DNA from: a virus
Taxonomy: Duplodnaviria > Heunggongvirae > Uroviricota > Caudoviricetes
DNA length: 64,000 nucleotides
Direction: 5' to 3' (one strand)
Virus record (IMG/VR): IMGVR_UViG_3300020045_008999
Coordinates: 128,001 to 192,000 of that record
Shown: positions 31,569 to 41,588 of the stretch, piece by piece
How the letters are laid out: each line of letters starts with the position of its first letter
Position numbering within the stretch: position 1 is the stretch's first letter
The notes under the pieces: model-generated
Seen by the model: only the letters and a program-made list of their open reading frames with translations
The model's database searches: none
What the model was told of the DNA's origin: nothing
Made by a program: the position numbers and the translations under genes

Positions 31569-32360
31569 TTATTCTAGACCATCTTTAATTTCATCTAATA
31601 ACACTTGTAAGTTTTCTTCATTTAAAGTTAAGTCATCATTCCAAATCTCAAAATGTCTCTGGTACTTTAAGATTAGTTTAAAGTTAACCGTATAATATTG
31701 AAGAAATTGTGGAAGTAGATTACTACCTAATAAGACCATCCCACCAACTTCAATATCAGTATCGTCGGAATAAGTAGATTTCAATGCATTGTCTCTACAA
31801 TAAAAATCACCACCCACTGTATGAGGTCCACCCACAAGTGAAGTCAATAGATTATTAGAACAATTAAAAAAATCACTCACCCTAGTAGGTGAGCCCTTTA
31901 ATGAAGTTAACCTGTTATCGGAACATCTGAAATTACCACCAATTGTAGTGGGTGATCCAACTAAAGTAGTTAATTTATTATAAGAGCATCGGAAACTACC
32001 ACCCACTGTAGTAGGCCCACCCACTAACGTAGTTAATCGATTTTCAATACAATAAAAACTACCACCAACCGTAACCGGTGAACCCTCTAATGAAGTTAAT
32101 TTATTAAATCTACAACTAAAACCCTCACCCACAGTATGTGGCGAACCCTCTAATGAAGTCAAATCATTATGATCACATTCAAAATCCCCACTCACTTTTC
32201 CAAATTTTAATGGTAATGAAGTTAATGATCCCCTGGGAAATACAACACTACCATCTACGTCAATAGAGCCATCCGAGTTTATCGAATAGTCTTCGATATG
32301 ATATTCTTTGCAGATTAAATCGATCCGGTCTTTTTCTTCTTTATTGATTAAGTTCTTCAT
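31569..32360 (-). CDS. LRR-like array paralog, 263 aa, ~6 modules
   Basis: Family N-cap, 21-aa repeats, tail. Confidence 0.85.
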   Translation of the reverse strand: MKNLINKEEKDRIDLICKEYHIEDYSINSDGSIDVDGSVVFPRGSLTSLPLKFGKVSGDFECDHNDLTSLEGSPHTVGEGFSCRFNKLTSLEGSPVTVGGSFYCIENRLTTLVGGPTTVGGSFRCSYNKLTTLVGSPTTIGGNFRCSDNRLTSLKGSPTRVSDFFNCSNNLLTSLVGGPHTVGGDFYCRDNALKSTYSDDTDIEVGGMVLLGSNLLPQFLQYYTVNFKLILKYQRHFEIWNDDLTLNEENLQVLLDEIKDGLE

Positions 32361-32370
32361 ATAGTATATA

Positions 32371-33414
32371 TTATTCTAGACCATCTTTAATTTCTGCTAT
32401 CAAATCCAGGAAGTTTTCTTCATTTAATGTTAAGTCATCGTTCCAGATCTCAAAGTGTCGTTGATACTTTAAGATTAGTTTAATATGGTATATATTGTCT
32501 ACAAATAGAACAGGCAAGCATTGACTATCGAAGTATCCCTCACCACTTATTTCTATATCTACATCACCGGCATAAGTAGAAGCTAAATTATTATCTGTGC
32601 AATAAAAACCACCACTAACTGTATTTGGGGAACCCTCTAGGGTAGTTAATTGATTATTCTCACAATAAAAACTACCACTAACTACAGTCGGTGACCCCTT
32701 TAGTAAAGTTAGTTTATTACTTGTACATGAAAAGTCACCACCCACCGATTGTGGTACCCCTTCAAAACTAGTTAATTGATTATCATCACAATAAAAACTA
32801 CCACCAACTGTATTTGGCGAACCCACTAACGTAGTTAATCCATTACACTGGCAGTTAAAACCACGACTAACTGTAATAGGCCCACCCACTAACGTAGTTA
32901 ATTGATTATCATTACAATGAAAATTACCGACCACTGAGGTAGGTCCACCAAGCAAACTAGTTAATTGATTATCATTACAATGAAAATTACCGACCACTGA
33001 GGTAGGGGATCCTTCTAAGGTAGTTAATTTATTATAACTACATTTGAAAATACCCCCAACTGTAGTAGGGGATCCCTCTAACGTAGTTAATTGATTATCA
33101 TCACAGTGGAAATTACCGCCAACTGTAGTAGGGGATCCCTCTAAGGTAGTTAAATGATTATCGTCACAATGGAAATTACCACCAACTGTAGTAGGGGATC
33201 CCTCTAAGGTAGTTAATTTATTATCATCACAATGGAAATTACCACTTACATTTCTAAACTTTAATGGTAGTTTTTCTAGTCCCCAATTAACTATTACCAC
33301 AAAATCATTCACATCAATAGATCCATCCGAGTTTATTGAATAGTTTTCAATTTGGTAAAATTTACATAATAAATCAATGCGGTCCTTTTCTTCTTTACTA
33401 ATTAAATTCTTCAT
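32371..33414 (-). CDS. LRR-like array paralog, 347 aa, 10 modules (longest)
   Basis: Family architecture; near-identical 63-bp internal repeats. Confidence 0.85.
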   Translation of the reverse strand: MKNLISKEEKDRIDLLCKFYQIENYSINSDGSIDVNDFVVIVNWGLEKLPLKFRNVSGNFHCDDNKLTTLEGSPTTVGGNFHCDDNHLTTLEGSPTTVGGNFHCDDNQLTTLEGSPTTVGGIFKCSYNKLTTLEGSPTSVVGNFHCNDNQLTSLLGGPTSVVGNFHCNDNQLTTLVGGPITVSRGFNCQCNGLTTLVGSPNTVGGSFYCDDNQLTSFEGVPQSVGGDFSCTSNKLTLLKGSPTVVSGSFYCENNQLTTLEGSPNTVSGGFYCTDNNLASTYAGDVDIEISGEGYFDSQCLPVLFVDNIYHIKLILKYQRHFEIWNDDLTLNEENFLDLIAEIKDGLE

Positions 33415-33424
33415 GGCTTATATA

Positions 33425-34153
33425 TTAAAGTAAACCATCTTCAATTTCTGTTATTAAATCCTTGAAATTTTCTTCGTTTAATGTAAGGTCATCATTCCAT
33501 ATAAAAAAATGTCTTTGGTATTTTAGAATCAACTTAATATGGATAAGGTTAGTAATAAGCACCGATGGCAATCTATTTGATTTAAAATTTATACTATTTT
33601 CTACTTCTATATCAGTATCGCCTGAGTATGTAGAAACTATTTGATTGCTACTACAATCAAAATTATATCCAATTGTAGTCGGTGCACCCACCAATGATTT
33701 AATAAAATTATTGGAGCATATATAATAACCACCAATCGTAGTAGGAGAACTCTCTAATGTGACCAACCTATTGTATGAGCATTCATAATTACCACCCACT
33801 GTAACCGGCCCACCCACTAATGAAGTTAATTGATTATCATTACAATGATAATCCTCACCCACTATATGTGGAGAACCCTCTAATGAAGTCAATTTATTGT
33901 ATGAACAAGTAAAATAAACCCCGACAGTATGGGGGGAACCAGACAAAGATGTTAAGTTATTCTGATTGCATTTAAAATATCCAGTTACATTACCAAAGCG
34001 CAATGGTAAATGTGATATAGTCATACCAGTTAATTTCACATTACCATCCACATCAACAGATCCATCCGAGTTTATTGAATAGTTTTCGATTTCATATTCT
34101 TTGCAGATTAAATCGATCTGGTCCTTTTCTTCTTTAGATATTAAGTTCTTCAT
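33425..34153 (-). CDS. LRR-like array paralog, 242 aa, ~5 modules
   Basis: Family architecture; start moved to MKNL. Confidence 0.85.
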   Translation of the reverse strand: MKNLISKEEKDQIDLICKEYEIENYSINSDGSVDVDGNVKLTGMTISHLPLRFGNVTGYFKCNQNNLTSLSGSPHTVGVYFTCSYNKLTSLEGSPHIVGEDYHCNDNQLTSLVGGPVTVGGNYECSYNRLVTLESSPTTIGGYYICSNNFIKSLVGAPTTIGYNFDCSSNQIVSTYSGDTDIEVENSINFKSNRLPSVLITNLIHIKLILKYQRHFFIWNDDLTLNEENFKDLITEIEDGLL

Positions 34154-34198
34154 GTGGTAACGTATCAACTATGTTAGTTTGACTATATATTAAAACTA

Positions 34199-34750
34199 TT
34201 ATTCCAACCCCTCTTGGATTTCCAATATTAAAGTGTTGAAATTTTCTTCATTCAAAGTAAGATCAGCATTCCATATAAAGAAATGTCTTTGGTATTTCAA
34301 AATTAATTTAATATGATTATTATTCTTTTCTAAAATATCAGGCATTTTATGTATCCCCAGATTAAGGTCACTATATAAATCCCCAACGGTCTCATTGTCA
34401 ACATTACCGGAATAGGTGGAAATTAAATAATTTACCGCAAAGCGAAAATGTTTCCCGACATATTCTGGACAACCTTCCAATGTAGTCAAATTATTATTCT
34501 CACATTCATAATGACCACCGACACATATTGGGCCGCCCACTAATGTAGTTAATTTATTTCTATTGATCTCAAAGCTACCACTTACCTTGCCAAAACGCAA
34601 CGGTAAACTCAGTAATCCTCTCTGATTTAAATTAACATTACCATCTACATCAATAGAGCCATCCGAGTTTATCGAATAATTTTTAATTTGATAGCGTAAG
34701 CATTCCAGGTCGATCTGGTCCTTTTCTTCTTTAGATATTAAGTTCTTCAT
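34199..34750 (-). CDS. LRR-like array paralog, 183 aa, ~2 modules
   Basis: Family N-cap, 21-aa repeats, tail. Confidence 0.85.
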   Translation of the reverse strand: MKNLISKEEKDQIDLECLRYQIKNYSINSDGSIDVDGNVNLNQRGLLSLPLRFGKVSGSFEINRNKLTTLVGGPICVGGHYECENNNLTTLEGCPEYVGKHFRFAVNYLISTYSGNVDNETVGDLYSDLNLGIHKMPDILEKNNNHIKLILKYQRHFFIWNADLTLNEENFNTLILEIQEGLE

Positions 34751-34774
34751 GAGATAACGGTGTTTGTCTATATA

Positions 34775-35383
34775 TTATTCTAGGCCGTCTTTAATTTCAT
34801 CCAGAAGTATCTGGAAGTTTTCTTCATTAAATGACAAATCATCATTCCAGATCATGAAATACCTCTGATACTTTATAATAGTACTAAGGTGTTCGTTATT
34901 ATCCATAAACACTTTAGGCAATAACTGAGTTTGTGGGTTTATTAGGTACACTCCACTCACATTTATATCGGTATCACCAGAATACGTAGATGTGATTTTA
35001 TTATTACCCACATTAAATTTGCCACCAACCGTTGTGGGTGCACCGACCAAGTCAGTCAGCTTATTGCTGCTACATGCAAAAATACTACCAACGGTGACCG
35101 GGCCACCAATCAAATTAGTCAATTTGTTATCGTTACAGTTAAATACACCACCAACCGTATGAGGGGATCCCTCTAAGGTAGTTAATGAATTCAGAGAACA
35201 ATAAAAACTACCAGACACATTACCAAATTTAATAGGAAGATTTTTCAGGTCTAAATTTCGTATACTCGCGTCACCATCAACGTCGATGGAACCATCTGGG
35301 TTTATCGAATAGTTTTTGATTCTATGTTTTTTACATATTAAATCAATCTGGTCCTTTTCTTCCTTGGTGATTAAGTTTTTCAT
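34775..35383 (-). CDS. LRR-like array paralog, 202 aa, ~3 modules
   Basis: Family N-cap, 21-aa repeats, tail. Confidence 0.85.
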   Translation of the reverse strand: MKNLITKEEKDQIDLICKKHRIKNYSINPDGSIDVDGDASIRNLDLKNLPIKFGNVSGSFYCSLNSLTTLEGSPHTVGGVFNCNDNKLTNLIGGPVTVGSIFACSSNKLTDLVGAPTTVGGKFNVGNNKITSTYSGDTDINVSGVYLINPQTQLLPKVFMDNNEHLSTIIKYQRYFMIWNDDLSFNEENFQILLDEIKDGLE

Positions 35384-35393
35384 AAATTTATTT

Positions 35394-36008
35394 TTATTCT
35401 AATCCCTCTTCTATTTCTAATAACAAATCCTTGAAATTTTCTTCGTTTAATGTAAGGTCATCATTCCAGATTTCAAAATGTCGTTGGTATTTCAAGATCA
35501 ATTTAATAACAACTTTGTTATGGCAATTACTAAGAAATTGCTGAGGTAATTTATTATTATTATTACAGTCAAAACTACCAATGATATCAATATCAATATC
35601 ACCAGAAAATATAGAAATTAGGTCATTGTGCATACAAAAAAACCCACCACCTATACTCTCAGGGGCACCCTCTAATGTGGTTAGTGCATTTAAATAACAA
35701 TGATAACTACCACCTACGGTAACTGGTCCACCCACCAATGAAATCAATTTATTAGTACAGCATGAATAACCCTTACCTACGGTAACCGGAGAACCTTTTA
35801 GAGTAGTTAACTTATTGTGATTGCATGAAAAATTACCAGATACTTTACCAAACTGTAATGGTAATTTTATTAAATGTCTATCCCTTAAATCCACATCACC
35901 ATCAACGTCAATAGATCCATCTGAGTTAATGGTATAGTTTTTTATTTTATATTCTTTGCATATAAAATCGATCTGGTCCTTTTCTTCCTTGGTGATTAAG
36001 TTCTTCAT
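35394..36008 (-). CDS. LRR-like array paralog, 204 aa, ~3 modules
   Basis: Family N-cap, 21-aa repeats, tail. Confidence 0.85.
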   Translation of the reverse strand: MKNLITKEEKDQIDFICKEYKIKNYTINSDGSIDVDGDVDLRDRHLIKLPLQFGKVSGNFSCNHNKLTTLKGSPVTVGKGYSCCTNKLISLVGGPVTVGGSYHCYLNALTTLEGAPESIGGGFFCMHNDLISIFSGDIDIDIIGSFDCNNNNKLPQQFLSNCHNKVVIKLILKYQRHFEIWNDDLTLNEENFKDLLLEIEEGLE

Positions 36009-36018
36009 ATAGTATATA

Positions 36019-36621
36019 TTATTCTAAACCATCTTCAATTTCTAATATAAGATCATTAAAATTTTCCTCGTTTAATGTAAGGTCATCATTCCAGATTTCA
36101 AAATGTCGTTGGTACTTTAAGATTATTTTAATATGGTCGATATTGTCATTAAATAATTGTGGTAATGAGGCCACATGCGAAAAAACATCTGATATTTCAA
36201 TATCAATATTTCCAGAATATGTAGAAATTAACTTATAGTTTTCGTAGCATATATATATGCCACCCACCATAGTAGGTGAACCCTCTAATGAAGTTAATTC
36301 ATTATAACTACAATTGAAAATACCCCCAACGGTAGTAGGCGATCCCTCTAAGGAAGTCAAAACATTATGATCACAATAAAAATTACCATTAACGGTAACT
36401 GGCGAACCTTCTAATGTAGTTAATTTATTACTAGCACAATCGAATTTACCAGATACTTTATTGAATTTAATCGGCATTTTAGTTAGTCCTATGTTGAATA
36501 AATCCACACTACCATCAACATTGATGGAACCATCCGAGTTTATGATATAGTTTGTGATTCTATATTGAATGCATATTAAATCAATCTGGTCCTTTTCTTC
36601 TTTAGTAATTAAGTTCTTCAT
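36019..36621 (-). CDS. LRR-like array paralog, 200 aa, ~3 modules
   Basis: Family N-cap, 21-aa repeats, tail. Confidence 0.85.
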   Translation of the reverse strand: MKNLITKEEKDQIDLICIQYRITNYIINSDGSINVDGSVDLFNIGLTKMPIKFNKVSGKFDCASNKLTTLEGSPVTVNGNFYCDHNVLTSLEGSPTTVGGIFNCSYNELTSLEGSPTMVGGIYICYENYKLISTYSGNIDIEISDVFSHVASLPQLFNDNIDHIKIILKYQRHFEIWNDDLTLNEENFNDLILEIEDGLE

Positions 36622-36635
36622 AAATTTATTCTTTT

Positions 36636-37487
36636 TTATTTTAAACCATCTTCAATTTCTAATAGCAAGTCATTGAAATTTTCATCATTTAATGATAAGT
36701 CATCATTCCAGATACTAAAATAGCGTTGGTACTTTAGAATCAATTTAATGTTTTCAGCATTATCTTGTAACAATTGTGGTAAGTAGGTATGATTAAAATA
36801 AAATTCTTCACCCACTTCAATGTCATTATCACCCGAATGGGTGGATATTAAATCATTATTACAATGGAAGTTGCCTTTAATCGTTTTGGGACAACCAATA
36901 AGAGTGCTTATTTGGTTAGAATTGCATACAAAATCACAATTAATTACTTCCGGGGATCCTACCAGGGATGTTATATTATTAAGCATGCAATAAATATTAC
37001 CCTTGATAGTATTTGGAATACCTTTAAATGAGGTTAAATTATTACTAGAACAATCAAAATCACCACCCACCGAAGTAGGTGCACCTTCCAATGTAGTCAA
37101 ATCGTTACCACCACATCTGAAGTGTAGACCAACCTCAACCGGACTACCATGCAGCGATCTTAGTTTATTTTCGACACAATCATACGCGTTCCCCACTATT
37201 GATGGACCACCAATCAAATTAACTAATTTGTTGTCAGCACAATCAAAGTAGTTTCCTACTTCATAAGGGCAACCATCTAATGTGGTTAGCATATTACTAG
37301 AACAGATGAAATCCTTACTGACTTTTCCAAAACGCAGGGGTAACTTAGTTAAACTTTCCATATATAAATTCACATCACCATCTACATCAATAGATCCATC
37401 CGAGTTTATGGTATAGTTTTTAATATTATATTTATCACAAATTGAATCAATACGATCCTTTTCTTCTTTACTGATTAAGTTCTTCAT
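36636..37487 (-). CDS. LRR-like array paralog, 283 aa, ~7 modules
   Basis: Family N-cap, 21-aa repeats, tail. Confidence 0.85.
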   Translation of the reverse strand: MKNLISKEEKDRIDSICDKYNIKNYTINSDGSIDVDGDVNLYMESLTKLPLRFGKVSKDFICSSNMLTTLDGCPYEVGNYFDCADNKLVNLIGGPSIVGNAYDCVENKLRSLHGSPVEVGLHFRCGGNDLTTLEGAPTSVGGDFDCSSNNLTSFKGIPNTIKGNIYCMLNNITSLVGSPEVINCDFVCNSNQISTLIGCPKTIKGNFHCNNDLISTHSGDNDIEVGEEFYFNHTYLPQLLQDNAENIKLILKYQRYFSIWNDDLSLNDENFNDLLLEIEDGLK

Positions 37488-37536
37488 AGTACTATATATT
37501 AGATATTAAAAACTCACATGGAATCATAATATTTAT

Positions 37537-37544
37537 TACATTTG
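37537..37544 (+). promoter_or_regulatory. Bacteroidota-type -7 promoter box
   Basis: TACATTTG upstream of the ATG at 37583. Confidence 0.5.
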
Positions 37545-37582
37545 TACCCATCATTAATAATATGCTGTAAATATACTCAATT

Positions 37583-38036
37583 ATGTCTATCAGTTTGAAA
37601 ACCATACCCCCAAATTATTCACCGGTTTTATTCGAAATGTTTTACATGGTGCCCGATGAAAAAACGGGGGAAGAATATTATTACTTCAAGGATAAAACGA
37701 TTAGCCGTGATCGCTATACTCCTATATTTCTGAAATGAATTAAAATCAACACATATGAATTTTCATTTTATAGTAGTATAAAAGGGGAATACGGTCGTTT
37801 TTTTTACAATTGAATTTGGATTGGGGTTCAGAACTATCAACGAAATTCAAGGACTTTTTACATACGGTAGATTTATAATGGATAATGATTATGAATTATC
37901 GTTGGACTCATGTAAAAAGATTTATGATTTAAATCTGACCATTGGCTATTATGATAACCAGGGTGTTGAGATAATTGAATATGATCAGATGGCAATACAA
38001 CGCCGCATTACCATCAATGATATTTTATATTCTTAA
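37583..38036 (+). pseudogene. disrupted paralog of the 2121-2552 gene
   Basis: In-frame TGA at 37736 and +1 T in the T8 run near 37798-37805; YFKDKTIS, TYGRFIM and LSLDSCKKIYDLN match 2121. Confidence 0.7.
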
Positions 38037-38038
38037 TA

Positions 38039-38641
38039 TTATTCTAGGCCATCTTTAATTTCATCAAGCAATTCTTGAAAGTTTTCATCATTCAATGATA
38101 GATCGGCATTCCAGATCTCAAAATGTCGCTGATATTTTAAAATTAGTTTAATGTGTACAATATTATCTTGTAATAGTTGTGGTAATTCATCACCTATGCA
38201 TCTAAATTTACCACCCAATTCAATATCTATATCACCGGAATAGGTAGAAATTATCTCACTATGTATGTAATTAATATCCCCACCAATTATGTGGGGAGTC
38301 CCCTCTAATGAAGTCAGCTCATTACCATAACAATGAAAATTACCACCTACCGATGATGGCCCACCTATTAATGAAGTTAATTGATTGCAAGAACAACTAA
38401 AATCACCACCAACCGTAATTGGGGATCCCTCTAATGTAGTCAGTTTATTAACACTACAATTAAAATTACCACTGACATTATTAAATGTTAATGGTAATTT
38501 ATTAAATTTCAGTAATGCTAAATTTACATCACCATTAACATCAATCGATCCATCTGAAGTGATATTATAATTTTCAATATTGAGATTGGTGCATATTGAA
38601 TCAATTCGATCCTTTTCTTCTTTACTAATTAAGTTCTTCAT
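38039..38641 (-). CDS. LRR-like array paralog, 200 aa, ~3 modules
   Basis: Family N-cap, 21-aa repeats, tail. Confidence 0.85.
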   Translation of the reverse strand: MKNLISKEEKDRIDSICTNLNIENYNITSDGSIDVNGDVNLALLKFNKLPLTFNNVSGNFNCSVNKLTTLEGSPITVGGDFSCSCNQLTSLIGGPSSVGGNFHCYGNELTSLEGTPHIIGGDINYIHSEIISTYSGDIDIELGGKFRCIGDELPQLLQDNIVHIKLILKYQRHFEIWNADLSLNDENFQELLDEIKDGLE

Positions 38642-38700
38642 GGTTTAATAGGGTTTCATTATATATAAAATCTAATAACTCAAAGTGGTCAGCTCAGATA

Positions 38701-39306
38701 CTATTCTAAACCATCTTCTATTTCAGTTATCAAAACCTGGAAGTTTTCTTCGTTTAATGTTAAGTCATCGTTCCAGATCTCAAAATGTCGCTGATATTTT
38801 AAAATTAGTTTAATGTGTACAATATTATCTTGTAATAGTTGTGGTAAGTTGTTACAAATACTCATATTGACAAAACCATTCACTTCAATATCTACATCAC
38901 CTGCATAGGTAGAAGTTAACTTGTTATATGCACAAATTAAATTACCACCAATTGTGTGAGGTGCACCTTCTAATGTAGATAGTTGATTATTATAGCACTG
39001 ATAATTACCACCTACTGATGATGGACCTCCTACTAATGAAGTTAAGTTGTTCCTATAACAATGAAAATTATAGCCCACCGATTGTGGAGCACCTTCTAAT
39101 GTAGATAGTTGATTAGTATCACAACAAAAATTGTCACTTACCGTACCAAACTGCAAGGGTAGTTTTTCTAGTTTCCACCTTACAAATAACATACTTCCAT
39201 CTACATCAATAGACGCATCCGGATTAATGGAATAGTTTTTTATGCGGTATTGCTTACATATTAAATCAATTTGATCCTTTTCTTCTTTACTAATTAAGTT
39301 CTTCAT
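38701..39306 (-). CDS. LRR-like array paralog, 201 aa, ~3 modules
   Basis: Family N-cap, 21-aa repeats, tail. Confidence 0.85.
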   Translation of the reverse strand: MKNLISKEEKDQIDLICKQYRIKNYSINPDASIDVDGSMLFVRWKLEKLPLQFGTVSDNFCCDTNQLSTLEGAPQSVGYNFHCYRNNLTSLVGGPSSVGGNYQCYNNQLSTLEGAPHTIGGNLICAYNKLTSTYAGDVDIEVNGFVNMSICNNLPQLLQDNIVHIKLILKYQRHFEIWNDDLTLNEENFQVLITEIEDGLE

Positions 39307-39318
39307 AAATTCATTCTT

Positions 39319-39858
39319 TTATTCTAATCCCTCTTCTATTTCTAATATCAAATCTTTAAAGTTATCAACATTAAGTGTCAGATCATCATTCCAAATCATA
39401 AAGTGTCTCTGGTACTTCAAGATCAGTTTAATGTGTATAATATTATCTTGTAATAATTGTGGTAATTCATTATTAGACAATTCCACGTCACCCACCAATT
39501 CAATATCTATATCCCCGGAATAGGTAGACGTTAACTTGTTACGTGAACAAATTAAATCACCTACAACCGTATGAGGTGCCCCCTCTAATGAAGTTATTTC
39601 ATTATAATAACAACTAAAATCACCACCAACGGTAATCGGCCCACCCTCTAAGGAAGTTAGGTTGTTCATATAACAATAGAAATCACCACTCACTTTATTA
39701 AATTTTATTGGAAATTCCACTAAATCAACATTGACTATTCTAACATAACCATCTACATCAATAGACCCATCCGGATTAATGCTATACTTCATGATGCTAT
39801 ATTGGGTACATATTGAATCAATTCGATCCTTTTCTTCTTTGGTAATTAAGTTCTTCAT
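39319..39858 (-). CDS. LRR-like array paralog, 179 aa, ~2 modules
   Basis: Family N-cap, 21-aa repeats, tail. Confidence 0.85.
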   Translation of the reverse strand: MKNLITKEEKDRIDSICTQYSIMKYSINPDGSIDVDGYVRIVNVDLVEFPIKFNKVSGDFYCYMNNLTSLEGGPITVGGDFSCYYNEITSLEGAPHTVVGDLICSRNKLTSTYSGDIDIELVGDVELSNNELPQLLQDNIIHIKLILKYQRHFMIWNDDLTLNVDNFKDLILEIEEGLE

Positions 39859-39869
39859 ATGTTATATAT

Positions 39870-40125
39870 AAAAATCTAATAACTCAAAGGGGACCAGCGA
39901 ACCGATAGGTGAGCTGCATATTAAACTAAACTTTAACGTTTTTTAACATTATAAATTTGCATATTAATTTAACTTTTATTAACTTTGTGTTGGCACTTTA
40001 CACTCAAGTACTACACTATAAAGTGCCAACATAAAGATACAATATTATTTTCATATACACAAGAATTTTAACAACGTTGTTAACATTTATATTTCAGCAC
40101 TATGTCCTCGCTTCGCTCGGACTAA
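39870..40125. repeat. copy C of the intergenic hairpin/convergent-promoter module
   Basis: Hairpin 39895-39916; TTTG-N20-TAACTTTG; 18-bp IR at 39983-40000 and 40019-40036; opposite promoter 40032-40063; minus-strand hairpin 40104-40122. Confidence 0.8.
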
Positions 40126-40225
40126 TCATTATATATATTTTGCCTCTTATAATCTAAACTTTATTTATTCTTTACGTATAGTGTAGTTGTTAACTACTGG
40201 TTTATAAGGTACCACCATGAGGATA

Positions 40226-40963
40226 CTATTCTAAACCATCTTCTATTTCGCTTATCAAAACCTGGAAGTTTTCTTCATTTAAGGTAAGATCATCATTCCA
40301 TATCTCAAAGTATCGCTGATATTTTAAAATTAGCTTAATAACAACGTTGTTATGATCCATATTAGACTTAAGGAGTGGCGGTAATGTACCACCTGGTGAA
40401 AAATGACCACTCACTTCGATATCAATATCACCAGAATAAGTGGATGTCAATTTGTTATCATAACATACAAAATCCCCGCCAATCTTAGCAGGGGAACCAT
40501 CTAAGGAGATTAACTGATTTTCATAACAGTGAAAATTATTACCGACACTAACCGGAGCACCCTTTAACGATGTTAATCTGTTAAAACCACAAACAAAACT
40601 ACCCCCAACTATATGGGGACAACCCTCTAATGAAGTCAAATTATTATGACTAATGATGAAATCACCATCGACACTAACCGGGGCACCCTCTAATGAGGTT
40701 AAAATATTATGACTAATGATGAAATCACCATCGACACTAACCGGGGCACCCTCTAATGAAGTCAAATTATTAAACGAACATGTAAATCTACCAGATATTG
40801 CACCAAATTTCAATGGCAACTTATCTAATTTTTCATTATATAAATTTATACTATCATCTACATCAATAGACCCATCCGGATTAATGGAATAGTTTTTTAT
40901 ACTGTATTGATCACATATTAAATCAATTTGATCCTTTTCTTCTTTAGATATTAAGTTCTTCAT
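40226..40963 (-). CDS. LRR-like array paralog, 245 aa, ~5 modules
   Basis: Family N-cap, 21-aa repeats, tail. Confidence 0.85.
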   Translation of the reverse strand: MKNLISKEEKDQIDLICDQYSIKNYSINPDGSIDVDDSINLYNEKLDKLPLKFGAISGRFTCSFNNLTSLEGAPVSVDGDFIISHNILTSLEGAPVSVDGDFIISHNNLTSLEGCPHIVGGSFVCGFNRLTSLKGAPVSVGNNFHCYENQLISLDGSPAKIGGDFVCYDNKLTSTYSGDIDIEVSGHFSPGGTLPPLLKSNMDHNNVVIKLILKYQRYFEIWNDDLTLNEENFQVLISEIEDGLE

Positions 40964-40974
40964 AAAGCTATATA

Positions 40975-41577
40975 TTATTCTAGGCCATCTTCAATTTCTA
41001 ATATCAAATCTTTAAAGTTATCTACGTTCAATGTTAAGTCATCATTCCAGATCTCAAAATGTCGCTGATATTTTAAAATTAGTTTAATGTGTCTAATATT
41101 ATCTTGTAATAATTGTGGTAATAGATTACCAGATAAATCCACATCAGCATCCACTTCGATATCAGTATCACCGGAATATGTAGAAGTCAGGTAGTTACGT
41201 AAACAAGTTAAATCACCACCAACCGTATGAGGTGCCCCCTCTAATGAAGTTATTTCATTATAATAACAATAAAAATTACCACCTACATAAGTAGGCGAAC
41301 CTACTAATGATGTCAATTTGTTTTCATAACATTCAAAATATCCACCAACCGTTGTAGGTGCACCATCTAATGAAGTCAGTAGATTTAAACCACAATTAAA
41401 AAACCCGGTAACTTTACCAAATCGCAATGGTATTTTAGTTAATTTTGTATTATGTAAATTAACATCATCATCTACATCAATAGTACCATCCGGGTTAATG
41501 CTATACTTCATGATGCTATATTGGGTGCATATTGAATCAATTCGATCTTTTTCTTCTTTACTAATTAAATTCTTCAT
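40975..41577 (-). CDS. LRR-like array paralog, 200 aa, ~3 modules
   Basis: Family N-cap, 21-aa repeats, tail. Confidence 0.85.
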   Translation of the reverse strand: MKNLISKEEKDRIDSICTQYSIMKYSINPDGTIDVDDDVNLHNTKLTKIPLRFGKVTGFFNCGLNLLTSLDGAPTTVGGYFECYENKLTSLVGSPTYVGGNFYCYYNEITSLEGAPHTVGGDLTCLRNYLTSTYSGDTDIEVDADVDLSGNLLPQLLQDNIRHIKLILKYQRHFEIWNDDLTLNVDNFKDLILEIEDGLE

Positions 41578-41588
41578 AAAACTATATA

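Noticed and set aside
39983-40036. Central inverted repeat as a simple rho-independent terminator
   Set aside because: No U-tract, the arms overlap promoter -7 boxes on both strands, and the core occurs in both orientations.
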